A stretch of 64,000 nucleotides of DNA from Pelagomonas calceolata (Eukaryota): contig CAKKNE010000003.1 of NCBI GenBank assembly GCA_918797485.1, positions 4,774,001 to 4,838,000 on the forward strand, read 5' to 3'. Of this stretch, positions 41,211 through 51,959 are shown in pieces (position 1 is the first letter of the stretch; every line of letters begins with the position of its first letter). Under the pieces are notes generated by a model, which did no database searches, was not told where the DNA came from, and saw only the letters and a program-made list of their open reading frames with translations. The translations under genes were made by a program, and so were the position numbers.

Positions 41211-43670
41211 ATGGCGGCGCCGGAGGCGGCCGACGCGGCGCCCGAGGCGCCCGCAGCCAAGGAGGCGCCGCCCGGGGAGGCGCTCGCGCCGACGGACGAG
41301 GTCGTCGAGAAGTCGCCGCGCGAGCGGTACCTGCGCTTCAAGGAGTTAATCGGCAAGGGCAGCTACAAGGAGGTCTGGCGCGCGTACGATAGCGTCGAGG
41401 GCATCGAGGTCGCCTGGAACGTCGTCAACCTCAAGAACATGCCGGCGCACGAGAAGGCGCGCGTGATCAACGAAGTGAGGCTGCTGGACCGGCTGGATCA
41501 CGAGAATATCATCGATTTTCACGGGTCCTGGGTGAACCGCGATCGGGGGGAAGTGTGCTTTATCACCGAGATCTTGTCCTCGGGCTCGCTCAAGCGCTTC
41601 ATTCAACGGGTGCAGGTCGTGAGGTGGAAGATCATCAAGCGGTGGATGCGGCAGATTCTGAAAGCTCTCGCGTACTTGCACTCGAGGGACCCCAAGATCA
41701 TCCACCGCGACATCAAGTGCGACAACATCTTCATCAACGGCGCTTCCGGGGATTTGAGGGTCGGCGACCTGGGCTTGTCCACAGCTCGAGCCGCCGACGA
41801 CGCGGCGAGCAAGGGACGTAGCGTGTTGGGCACGCCCGAGTTCATGGCGCCGGAGTTGTACGACGAGGCCTACGACGAAAAGGTGGACGTCTACGCGTTC
41901 GGCATGTGCGCGCTCGAGATGATCACGAAGCAGCTCCCCTACGCGGAATGCCGCAACGCGACGCAGATCTACAAGAAGGTCCAGGCCGACGTGCCGCCCG
42001 ACGCCCTCGCCTTGGTGCCCGACGAGCGCGCGGCGGCGTTCGTGCGGCTGTGCGTTCGGCGAGACCCGGCGGCTCGGCCGTCCGCCTCCGAACTCCTCGC
42101 GCACCCGTTCCTGGTGCCCGACCCGGCCTTCGGCGAGACCGAGGTCAAGCTGCTCGCGCCGCCCAGGACGCTCGCGCCCGTCGCCGAGCGCGCGGGCGCG
42201 TCGGGCGCGCCGTCTTTGGACTCGGCGGGCTCCGAGGACCGCAGCAGCCCCGGCCGCGGTCCGGACGGCGACAGGACGGCGCCGGCGCCGCCGCCGCCGC
42301 CGCCGCGCCCCGCTTCGCACGGCGCCGCGCCGCCGCCGCCGCCTCATCGGTCCGAGTCGGCGCAGTCGCTCGCCTCGTCGGCCGCGCTCGACTCGCCCGC
42401 GCGGCCCGCGTCGCCGCGGCCGCCGCACGACGAGGAGGCCGACGACGACGCGTTCATCGCCAACATGCCGTCGAGCGAGACGTCGATGAAGGACGTCGAG
42501 AACCGCGTCCGCGAGGGCCGCCGCCGCCGCGAGGACGACGCCGACGCGGCCGCCGCGGCCGCGGCCACCGCGCGCGAGGGCCGCGACGCGAAGCCGCGGC
42601 GCGCGCGGGACGCGTCGTCCGACTCGGCGCGATCGCGCGCGTCGGACCGCGCGCCGCCCAAGGCGTCGACCGCCGGCGGCGGCCTCTCGCGCGCGTCGTC
42701 GGCGGTGTCGCTCGACGGCGCGGCCGTCGCGACCGACATGGGCCCGCCGGCGCCGCGCGCGCCGCGCGGCGGTTCGAGCGACCCGGGCGGGCCGCCGCCG
42801 CGCGCCGACTCGGAGACGAGCTCGTCGTCGCGGCCGCCGACGCCGCGCGTCGACGCCGCGGGACCCGACGCGTCGCTCGCGTCGAGCCGCGCGCCGTCGC
42901 CCGTCGCCGGTCGGCCGGACCGGCCCCTGGCGGGGGCGCCGCCGCCGCGGTTCCGCATGCGGCCGTCGACGAAGCCCGTCGGCGCGCTCAGCGACGGCGC
43001 CGTCAGCGTCAACATCCTCTACGCGTTCGACGGCGTGAACCACAGCGTGGACTTTGAGTACGACGTCTCCGAGGCCCCGGAGACCGTCGCCGTCGAGTTC
43101 GCGCGCGAGTGCGGGTACCCGGCCGAGGAGGTCGCGGCCGACGTCGCCGAGTTCCTCGAGAGGGTCCGGCGCGACGTCGCGAGCCGCGTCGACGACGGCG
43201 CCGCCGGCGCCGGCGCCGACGACCCGGAGGCGGCGGAGGCGCTGCGCGAGTACGAGCGGCTGACGCGGCGAACGCAGCACATCCACGAGGACCGACTCGG
43301 CAAGCTGAAAAGTTCGCGGGACGCGTGCGCCGCGGCGCAGCGCGAGGCGCTGTCGAAGATCGACCGCGACGCGAAGGACCTCGAGCGGCGCGAGCGGGAC
43401 CTCGAGAACGCGCGCGCGGCGCACGCCGCGGACGCCGAGCGCCTCGCGCGCAAGTTCGAGAAGGACATGCTCGACTTCGAGCACAAGGAGCGCATCGAGC
43501 TCGCGAACCACCGGCGGCGCCTCGACGACTTCGCCGCGCGGTACCGGGCCGCCGGGGCCGCGCGCCGCGCCGACCGCGACCGGCGGGCCGCCGCCGACGC
43601 GGTGCGGGGGGACGCCGCGCCGCCCGAGGCGCCGCCCGAGCCGTCCGCGCCACCGTTGTCCCCGGCCTAG
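41211..43670 (+). CDS. WNK: WNK-family Ser/Thr kinase
   Basis: IGKGSYKEV (Lys in the glycine loop), EVAWN, IIHRDIKCDNIFING, GDLGL, GTPEFMAPE; autoinhibitory-like VDFEYD and a coiled coil. Confidence 0.92.
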   Translation: MAAPEAADAAPEAPAAKEAPPGEALAPTDEVVEKSPRERYLRFKELIGKGSYKEVWRAYDSVEGIEVAWNVVNLKNMPAHEKARVINEVRLLDRLDHENIIDFHGSWVNRDRGEVCFITEILSSGSLKRFIQRVQVVRWKIIKRWMRQILKALAYLHSRDPKIIHRDIKCDNIFINGASGDLRVGDLGLSTARAADDAASKGRSVLGTPEFMAPELYDEAYDEKVDVYAFGMCALEMITKQLPYAECRNATQIYKKVQADVPPDALALVPDERAAAFVRLCVRRDPAARPSASELLAHPFLVPDPAFGETEVKLLAPPRTLAPVAERAGASGAPSLDSAGSEDRSSPGRGPDGDRTAPAPPPPPPRPASHGAAPPPPPHRSESAQSLASSAALDSPARPASPRPPHDEEADDDAFIANMPSSETSMKDVENRVREGRRRREDDADAAAAAAATAREGRDAKPRRARDASSDSARSRASDRAPPKASTAGGGLSRASSAVSLDGAAVATDMGPPAPRAPRGGSSDPGGPPPRADSETSSSSRPPTPRVDAAGPDASLASSRAPSPVAGRPDRPLAGAPPPRFRMRPSTKPVGALSDGAVSVNILYAFDGVNHSVDFEYDVSEAPETVAVEFARECGYPAEEVAADVAEFLERVRRDVASRVDDGAAGAGADDPEAAEALREYERLTRRTQHIHEDRLGKLKSSRDACAAAQREALSKIDRDAKDLERRERDLENARAAHAADAERLARKFEKDMLDFEHKERIELANHRRRLDDFAARYRAAGAARRADRDRRAAADAVRGDAAPPEAPPEPSAPPLSPA

Positions 43671-43773
43671 AGCCCCGTTTCTTGTGTGCTTTTCTCGTGT
43701 CTACCCAGTGAGGTCCCATTCTCTCGCCCGGCGCCCGGGAGTGCTTGCCAGAGCGGGAATGAAGGCCAGTTTG

Positions 43774-43790
43774 ACTATTCTGGCATAGTA
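43774..43790 (+). repeat. Dispersed repeat E (second copy at 45248-45264)
   Basis: actattctggcatagta is identical in both copies, followed by related tttgaaa...cag(c/g)gctcc(c/g)ggggct. Confidence 0.6.
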
Positions 43791-44474
43791 CTAAACTCTA
43801 GAAAGAAGTTCGGAAATCTCCGAAAAACCCAGGCAGATTTTTGAAACCAGCGCTCCCGGGGCTAGTGCCCGCGCGAGTGCTTTTGTTTCTTGAGTGTGCG
43901 AGTGATGCGTAGAGTCGAGACGGTCCGTAATAATTCACGTGGCCGCTTTGTCGAAAAGCTTGATACTGACCACTCCATTGACCCCCGGCCCCAGGACGAT
44001 GTCCGCGGGGACACAAAATTAAAAACACAAAACGGGTTTTCCTCCCGACTTTTTTTTACCCTTGTGGGCATCCGTTGGCCGCCGCGGACCCCCTCGACGC
44101 CCTCGCCGGGGGCTGAAGGGAGAGGATCGTTTTAGGCAGATTAGCTGCAGATTAGCTGCAATCAAGCCACTGCGGCAAACACGTCTCTCAGCGGCGCCCT
44201 GAACAACCCGAGACGCGAAGTCAGCTATGTCTGTCGACGTCGCCAGAAAGCCGCGAGACGGCGCCGGCGGACGCAGCCCGGTCGCTGAGCGTCAGTCGCT
44301 GCCATGCGGCTCCAGCGGAGCGGGCGGCGGCGGCGCTCACTCAGCTCGGCCCTTCCAACGGCTCTGCTACGAGGCGCCGCCCCGAAGAAGAGGGCACGAG
44401 AGAGAAGGCGGGGCGCCGGCGTCGGCCCCGCGCGCGGCGCGATTCTCCCCCGCGGCGAACGCAGGCGTCCCAAC

Positions 44475-45017
44475 ATGCAGAAAGTCCTGATCGCCCTGTT
44501 CGCGACCGGCGCGGCGGCACTCGCGCCGGCGCCGGCCACGGGCGTCGCGGCGAACCGGCGCGCGGCGCTCCAGAAGGTCGCCGGCGCCGTCGCGGGCGCG
44601 CTCGCGCTGCCGCAGGTCGCGTCGGCCGACGGTGCCGTGTCGACGGCGACGGTCGCGCGGTCGCGCGGCATCTACGGCGGCCGGATCGCGGCGCTCTCGG
44701 GCGCGGTCTCCAAGGGCGACTTCGCGGCCGTCGCCGACGAGAAGAACGCGTTCATCCTGTTCAACTCGGGCGCGTACCAGCTCAAGACGCCCGCGGCCAA
44801 GGCGGCCAAGGCCGTCGCCCAGGAGGGCACGGCCGATATCTTCGCCGCCGTCGACGCCAAGGACGCCGGCAAGCTGAAGGCCGCGTACGCGGCTTACACG
44901 AAGAACGCCGGCATCGACCTCTCGCCCGCCAAGGAGTCTGTCATGGGCGGCCAGGGCTTCGGGAGCGACTACGACTGGAAGAACCGCACGCCGAAGGGCA
45001 CGGTGTACCAGCGCTAG
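44475..45017 (+). CDS. psb31: Photosystem II extrinsic protein Psb31
   Basis: Signal peptide + RR + AxA lumenal leader; mature DGAVS.AT..RSRGIYGGRIAAL...EKNAFILFNSGAY. Confidence 0.85.
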   Translation: MQKVLIALFATGAAALAPAPATGVAANRRAALQKVAGAVAGALALPQVASADGAVSTATVARSRGIYGGRIAALSGAVSKGDFAAVADEKNAFILFNSGAYQLKTPAAKAAKAVAQEGTADIFAAVDAKDAGKLKAAYAAYTKNAGIDLSPAKESVMGGQGFGSDYDWKNRTPKGTVYQR

Positions 45018-45643
45018 GCCGAGCCCCGCCGGAGGGAACGGGCACGCGCTAGACTGTAACTGCGCCAGTGACTCTATAAAGGCAGTGTGGGGATAGATCA
45101 TCAGACCGAACTATCCATGGAGAGCAGAGGAGGCGTGTCCTTGAGTTTCAGGCTCAGTTTCTACCTAGTACCTCCGAGTCCACCTCTAGTCTGAGTCTAG
45201 AGTACCTACGGTACCTCAGAGCAGAGCGGAAATTAAGGGAGATTTAACTATTCTGGCATAGTAAATTTTTGAAAAGCTTTTCAAAACCGGGGAGGTTTTT
45301 TGAAAAAACCCAGGGCTCCGGGGGCTTGCACTCCCTCCTATAACGCGCGGTCGCGCGGCGGCGCGGCGGCGATGAATCCGTGGCCGGGGCCCACCGGGTT
45401 CTTCGAGGTCGATTGGCGCATTTGAGGGACATTGCTCTTGTGTTAGCTGATTTGGAGAAGAATGGCATAACAGCGGAGCCATCAAAAATCGTTCTTCGCA
45501 ATGCAGAGACTGCGAGTTATAAGAAGGACAGACAGCTGCACAGCTTGAACAGGCCCGGGCGTTTGGAGGAGAGGAACAAATAATAGATGATAAAGAAGAT
45601 AACAATGGCATTCAAGTGCGACAAAAAAGTGTTAGAACAGGCC

Positions 45644-47266
45644 TCACCACATGGGCGGCGCACGAGACCACCACGCAGGCGGCGGCGATCCGGGACGGTC
45701 CGGCGCCATGAAGGCTAGCCACTCTGAGTCGGGCGGGGGAGGGCGCAAGTCGCGAAGAGGGATCGCGCCAGTGCTGCTCCGCGAAAACGAGAAAGGCGGA
45801 TCCGGCTCCCGAGAAGCCACCGCCTCGGCCTCGAAGCGCCGCAAAAACGAGCCAATGTCGGCGGTGGCATCACCGTCGCTGTCGCCGCCGCCATCGACCA
45901 TCGACGCAAGGAATTCTCTCTCGACGTCGGGTACTGCGTCCGGCAACCGCAGGGCAAACCGGACGGCAGCTGCAATTGCTTGGCGGCGCTGTACGACGGT
46001 GTTCAGCGAGTCCTCGTGGACGATCTGTCGGACGTTCGCAAGCGCAGCGCGTGGAGACGCGTGCCGCAGCGTCGCTGGGCTCCCGTCGCGCGGCGAGCGG
46101 TACTCGAACAGCAGTGGTGGCCGCGGCGTCGTCACGCGGCCAGTGGAGACCACTGCAGCGCGTTCGAACCACGCTCGTGCTGCGGCGCTGTGGAACTTCA
46201 GCGGGTGGATGAGGATGCTCTCGGTCGTTGGTGGTGCGCTGTTCCGGCTGGTGCTTAGTGGCCCGTTATGGGCCCTACGAAACGGCAGGACCGCCAGCAA
46301 GAGGCGCGCGCCCGGCGCGAGGCACCGTCGCCAGAAATGGCCCGACAGCGCGTCGCCACCGGGCGCAAAGGCCGCCTTGTGGCGCAGGGCCTCACGCGTC
46401 GCCAGCACGGGCGCAGCTGCGACCGCCTCGACGTGGCGTTTTACAAAATCTGTCGCATATCTGCACGCAGCGACTGCTTTTGCGAGAGGAGCAGATAAAA
46501 TCTCGCCCGACACCAGGAATGGAAAGATTGTGGGGGCAGCCTCAATGCTTCTTTGGTAAATACAGTTTTTCTTGGAAAAGTGGATTTCCAAGGCACCGAG
46601 GTACGATGCGTTCAGCAACCTACCATGAGGAAATGCCAGGTTCGGTCCGCGGTAGCAGCCCCCGTCCATGCGCTTCCAGAAGTGCTTGGTTTGAATCATT
46701 TCCACGCTCCCGAACCGCGCGACGAGCGCCGGCGTGGCGACGTCGAACGTGCGGTTCCAAAAGCGGACTGCGTCGTACTGGAGCCAAGCGAGGGACCCGT
46801 ACGCAACGTATTCGGCGCGCGCGCGCCCTGCGAGGTTCCGGAGGTCGAACGCGAGGCTTCCAATTGCCACCCAGTGGTCGTCCTCGAGCTTACCGTACCA
46901 GAGCGCCGGGGGTAGATCTCTTAAAGCGGCGGAATACCACGCGCGCACCTTGCACGCCAATACCGCCTGCTTGAAAGGACCGCCGCCCTCGGGACACGCG
47001 ACGCCGAGCAGGTCGCCGCGCGTCGCGTTCTCCTGCCGGATCGCGGGCGCGCGCGTGGCCTCCGCGCCGAGAACGAAGCGCAGCGCGACGTGTTCTTTCC
47101 CGGCCACCGGCGCGACGTGCAACCGCGCAGCGTCGCGGTACGCTTGGTTGTCGGGCGCGCACGTGATGCCGAGCGCGAGTAGCAGCTCCGGCGGCTCCCG
47201 CTGTGGCGCCTGGTGTGCGCTACTGCAGATGAGGGCGAGGGCGGCTGCGCATCGGCGCCACGCCAT
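45644..47266 (-). CDS. GT31 (galactosyltransferase)-like secreted protein
   Basis: Signal peptide; RDAAR...LRFVLG...ENATRGDLL...KVRAWY...YGKLEDDHWV. Confidence 0.6.
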   Translation of the reverse strand: MAWRRCAAALALICSSAHQAPQREPPELLLALGITCAPDNQAYRDAARLHVAPVAGKEHVALRFVLGAEATRAPAIRQENATRGDLLGVACPEGGGPFKQAVLACKVRAWYSAALRDLPPALWYGKLEDDHWVAIGSLAFDLRNLAGRARAEYVAYGSLAWLQYDAVRFWNRTFDVATPALVARFGSVEMIQTKHFWKRMDGGCYRGPNLAFPHGRLLNASYLGALEIHFSKKNCIYQRSIEAAPTIFPFLVSGEILSAPLAKAVAACRYATDFVKRHVEAVAAAPVLATREALRHKAAFAPGGDALSGHFWRRCLAPGARLLLAVLPFRRAHNGPLSTSRNSAPPTTESILIHPLKFHSAAARAWFERAAVVSTGRVTTPRPPLLFEYRSPRDGSPATLRHASPRAALANVRQIVHEDSLNTVVQRRQAIAAAVRFALRLPDAVPDVEREFLASMVDGGGDSDGDATADIGSFLRRFEAEAVASREPDPPFSFSRSSTGAIPLRDLRPPPPDSEWLAFMAPDRPGSPPPAWWSRAPPMW

Positions 47267-48865
47267 GCTTCTGGGCAGCCGAGTTATCTCCTCATTTTTT
47301 TGTGCATGGGTCGTGTCGATGGCGTCGATCTTCGAACATGTTCCTGCGTGCTTGCATGCATACAGGTGCCTATATAGAGGGAGAAACCTCTAGCCCTTCT
47401 AACTACGCCACTCTCGTAGTGGGTTGCTAAGCGCCATCTCTAGTTATGTACAACTTGTATTAGGGATGCCTACCGCAGTACCGTACCGTAGGTACCAGGA
47501 TTAGACATAGTAACCGTAGTTAGCCCCACTGGCGCTTCAACTCATACTAGCTATATCCCCTTTTTACGCCAGCGGGGAGAAGCGTCCACCGGCGGATGCC
47601 TCGGTACAAGCATGGCGTCCAACGGACTAAATATAGCAGAGTTTCGAGGCTTAGTGTACTGATAGTCTCGGACAGAGTAGTCGTAATCGAGGAATTAGGG
47701 GTGCCTAGCGTGGTCTCTGGCTACTGCGGGCCCACGGGGGTTGCGGAACAGTGCCGCCCGTCGAAGCAGCACTCTCGGAATCGGCTCTAGACGACGCACG
47801 AACACCACCGCGGAGCTCTAGCCCGGCCGCCCACGACTTCAAGGCAACGCGTCCCATCACGACAAAAGAGGGCAGTTTTGGAGCCCCAGTAATTCACCTC
47901 GTGTGTGCGGACCAGGAGGCTGGCAAACGACGCAAGTTTTGGCTTAGTTTTGAGGTAGCGGTACAGCTCTTCTCGACCTGGAACTCCTAACTCACATTTC
48001 GCCACATCCTTCCAAGTTCTGGCGCCATGGACATGCTTATGGATGATATCGCAGGCATCTGGCCGTCCGGTCGCCTTCCACACCACGATTTAGTGCTCCG
48101 TCGAGGCTGTCGAGGCCTTATCCGCGGGCTGCCGCCAGAGCAGTAACAAGCGTCAAGACCTACCCGAAAAGCACGCGGACATCGAGCTAGTGACCCGTAT
48201 GCATTGTCGGAGCGGTCGCACGGAGCTTACCACTGCACCATAAGTCTATGTGGGGCCGCTCTACGACGGCTGTCCGAGAGTGTCCGCGTGTTGACGTCAG
48301 ACCGTCGTGTTCATCAGCGGCGTCATGTTGGCGTCGATACCAGGTGGGTGGAGGCGTCGTAGGACGCCCGCGCTGGTACTTTGGGCAGCCGCAATACCGC
48401 TGCCCCGGTGCGCGCGACTATGGCTTCGCAGAGGCGCGACTATGCTCTCGCAACCTTCGCCGGGCTGTAACTCGGCACGATGGAGGAGTTAGAAGACGAT
48501 CCAAGTAGCGAAATGCTCGCAATCGAGCTGTACAGGCCGGCCGTTTACGCCGCTCGTACCTTTGATCTACTTTATGTAGGCTAGCTGCGTATGTACGTGT
48601 ACTATGCCGTTTCATAGTCCCCCCCCCTACTGTGTCTAATCCAAGTACCGCAGTAGGACCCTGCCGTACCGTAGGTACCTACGGTACCGTGCTAGAAAAA
48701 TACCCCTATCCTTACCCTAGTAGTCCCTATTCCCTCCTAGACTATTAAGAACGCGTATGAGCACAACCTCTCTCCGTATTTTAGTACCACGGGGTCTGGC
48801 AACTAGGGAATCAGTGCAAAGCACTGCCGTGCTCCTAGGCACCTCACTGCCTAGTATTTTTAGCA

Positions 48866-49400
48866 GGTTATGGGCCCACGGCCGTTCAACTTTGCGTTGA
48901 TACCCTGTTAGACTCCAACACTCAGAAACCCCTCCACCAGGTCGGTCACGGTTGACTCTTGCGGTACGGGAGTCGACGCTCTGCCTGAACTTGGCACCGT
49001 CTCCCTACTGGTTGATTGGTTTCGAAAACGACCTACATAACAGCAGATATACATCGCTGTAAGCACACAAGCAGATGAGGAAAGAGCTGACGTATTTTCA
49101 AAGTACGATGGATGGGCTTTCTATGATGAACAACACATCTCGAACCCCCCAATAGACTACAGAAAATTCCAAGAACTTGCCAAACAAATGCTAGTATCTG
49201 TGGACCACTCAAGTGAGTCAGCACCAGAAGAGTCAAAGACCCCAAAACACATCTTCGACCTGAGATCTAAGGACAAATACAATGGCTTCCCCATCGCAAA
49301 AGAAGCTGATGTTATCCCCGTTTTGTATGTACTACTTTGCAACATAGACTACCTACCTGGGATAATCAAGTACCTGAAAGAAAGCAGATCATTAAAGAGC
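48866..49400 (+). mobile_element. LTR-retrotransposon remnant: copia-type PBS followed by decayed AT-rich coding sequence
   Basis: CA|GGTTATGGGCCCA at 48866-48878. A frameshifted KVRWMGF chromodomain-like trace lies near 49100. Confidence 0.5.
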
Positions 49401-49464
49401 TTCTGGGTGCCCAGGGTATTCTCACTTGCCAGTGGGCTTTGTAGGGTCGTTTCCCGCTGTTCCC

Positions 49465-49656
49465 CCCAGTGAAGTGAACTTACTTTAGGTTCACCCCGGT
49501 GTTTTTACGGCGCCTACTTAGCGCCGGGCTTGATCCACTTGGATAAGTAGAAAGATACGGGATATAGGGAAATATCAGCTCCGAGCCGTCGGCTGACGCG
49601 CGTGCTGATAGGCGAGTAATGTAGCCCAGATCCGGCGATAGGGGCTATGGCGTTGC
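49465..49656 (-). repeat. Dispersed repeat A, inverted copy
   Basis: Reverse complement of 30128-30335. Confidence 0.85.
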
Positions 49657-49973
49657 AGACGATGCCCAGGGAGTTTTGCCTCGCGTTAGTAAAACGCCGA
49701 AACTCAAATACAATACGACCAAAATCCGTGGTTCTTTGCGGTCGATTCTCGTCACGGGCCCCTTTCGTAAGCCACAAACTCGTGACAAAGGCCAATTCGT
49801 CATCCAAAGAGCTCTAGGGCAGCCTGAGTTGAAAATCCCACTAATGATTTGGGTTCCGGGCCCTCAGGCTGGCCGTAGCGCAGCAAATAGGGCTTAATAC
49901 GCCGGCCTCTACTAGTCAAATCTGGAAAATCGCCGAGTAGAAAATGTGGCTACAACATCTGGTTTTCAAGTTC

Positions 49974-51783
49974 CTACCCGTACCCGTCTTCGCGAGGGAT
50001 CCCGCAGTGGCGTGCGCGCGTTGCGCGAGGTTTCAGCACGCCGGTTGCGGGGTCGACGCAGCCCGGCGAATAGCGCATACTCCTGACAAACTTGGGAAGT
50101 ACTTCGCGCGCGAGGTCGCTTTCGGCCGCCGGCCTATACGGAGCCGCATCGCACAGGCGCGCCTCGGCGGCAAGCGGCAGCAGAAGAAATTCTAGCAGGT
50201 AAAGATACGCACCACCGCCAAGATGAATATCAAGAGGCCGCCAGCCGCCATTGCAGTGTCGCCTCGTTTCGTCGGCGTCGGCGCGTGGTACCTTGGCATA
50301 CGACCGGTGGGAAAACCGCCTGCGTTTTAATGATCCACCAGTGAGGTATACTCCCCTGTGGAAACTCCTCACAGTTATCCAAACTGGTAGCGTCCATTTC
50401 GAACATCCACGCAAGGTCACCAGGGACTGTGAACTTGATTTCTGCACTGGAAACTGCGTCGAAAGGCCACAGGCATCGACGGCCGCGATCTGTGCTAGGG
50501 GTGCGGTAGAGATTAGCCCTGTGTAGAAATGAACCAGTGAGTTAGGAATTGGCAAAAACGTAGCTGCTTTGAGTTTTGGTAGAAGCGATGGCGGTGGCGA
50601 CCTTCGAGGGCGTTGCATGGGCCCATTCCCCACCAAGAACACTCACTCCCATTCAAAAGGCACCTTGACTGTCGATTCCTGCACCGGCCGTGTCGTCGGA
50701 CCTCCGGAGGCAGAAGGGCGATTGTCTCTCTTATGTGTTCGTACGTCGCCGTCTCGGACCGCCAGCTACTTCTAAACTCGTTCTGAGTAGGAGCAAGCGG
50801 TTTGAGCCATCCGTAAAACGGATTATGCGTTGGCGTGACGACGACCAAATGCGTGCCGTTGGTAGCGAGATGGGGCGCCGTCACATCCAACCACGCGTCG
50901 AATGCCCTGGATACGCCACCGTCGTCGTGGTCCTTGTACCCCAGGCCCGAGTCCACGGCGAGCAGGTCCGGTGCCAAGCCCATTTCGACCGCCTTCTGTA
51001 GGAAGTCGCGCGTCTGTGTCCACGCGGCACCGGCCATGTATTGTGCAATACAGACATCACCTCTCTTCAGACTGCTCCGAAGCCGGTCGTCGGCGAATTC
51101 CAAGCGGTCGGCCGGTGGCGCGGTCCACGCGACGCATCCCTCACCGGGCCTTGCGTCCGCATTTAGGGGCGCCGTGGAAAATGGCTCCAGCGACACAGCG
51201 GGACAGCAAACAACATGGTCCATATGATATGTCTTGCCGTTGAATTGCGTCCCGCGCAACACGGCTGCACTGCCGCGCGCCAGGGTCTGCACCTGTGGAA
51301 ATCAAATTTCAGGCTCACCACGCCGTCGGTGCGATGTTGTCTCCGTTATTGCGTCTGCTCGATGGCGTGGAGGATCGCAAGGTTCCGCAAATAAGTAGCG
51401 GTAACTCCCTGGTTGATTCCCACACCGGCCTGCACGAGGCGCTGCCAGGCGATGCGCATGAACGAGTCACCGACGAACGCAACGAGCGCTCCTTTTCTCG
51501 CGCCGCGCCTTGCCACCTTAGCCAGCGCCGCAACCGCATTCGGCGCCGCGAGCGGCGTATTGCAGGCAGTTTCTGGTGTCGTGCCGTTCGCGGCTCGGAC
51601 ATCATCCCAATACCGAAAAATAGCATCGAACGACGCGTCCTTCCCGTCCGTGTGATCAACGTAAAATTTCGCATCAGGCAGCCGAAATGCGACGCTGCGC
51701 GGCACGCGAAGGTTGTCATAGTCGCAGGGGAGGCACGTCTCGTCTGCTCGCGACGCCGCTAGAAGGACGAGCAGCGTCCGCAT
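49974..51783 (-). CDS. Secreted SGNH/GDS(L)-like protein (polysaccharide O-acyltransferase/esterase-like) with three Introner-type introns
   Basis: MRTLLVLLAASRA leader, VAFVGDSFMR, DSGLGY and a C-terminal PLDIH. Three ORF pieces are joined by introns 51293-51435, ~50519-50688 (boundaries uncertain) and 50320-50457. Confidence 0.65.
50320..50457 (-). mobile_element. Introner element, 138-nt in-frame GC-AG intron
   Basis: Minus strand reads TSD gcagtttc, then cagtgcagaaatcaa...ctcactggtggatcattaaaacgcag, then gcggtttt (6/8). Confidence 0.72.
50519..50686 (-). mobile_element. Introner-family element without a recognisable TSD
   Basis: Minus-strand ends are cggtgcaggaatcgac...ctaactcactggttcatttctacacag. 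It sits at the frame change between ORFs 50513-51292 and 49974-50642. Confidence 0.7.
51293..51435 (-). mobile_element. Introner element, 143-nt GT-AG intron
   Basis: Minus strand reads TSD gtgcaggc, then cggtgtgggaatcaa...ttgatttccacag, then gtgcagac (7/8). Splicing gives in-frame QRL|VQTL. Confidence 0.9.
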
Positions 51784-51959
51784 GGGGGACAGCTTATTAC
51801 GCGCGAGAGCGGGGTTGCGATTGTCGGGCTCGCAGCATGCAACCACCGTACCTACCCACCAGCTTCGAACGCCCGTGAACCAATATTATATGCCCACTGC
51901 CGGCATACGGTACCGACCCCGCGGCCTAGACCGACCGGTATGCAATCCCTTGTCCGACG

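Noticed and set aside
46572..46592. ttggaaaagtggatttccaa hairpin in the GT31-like gene as another Introner
   Set aside because: No TSD, no separated second TIR and no frame disruption.
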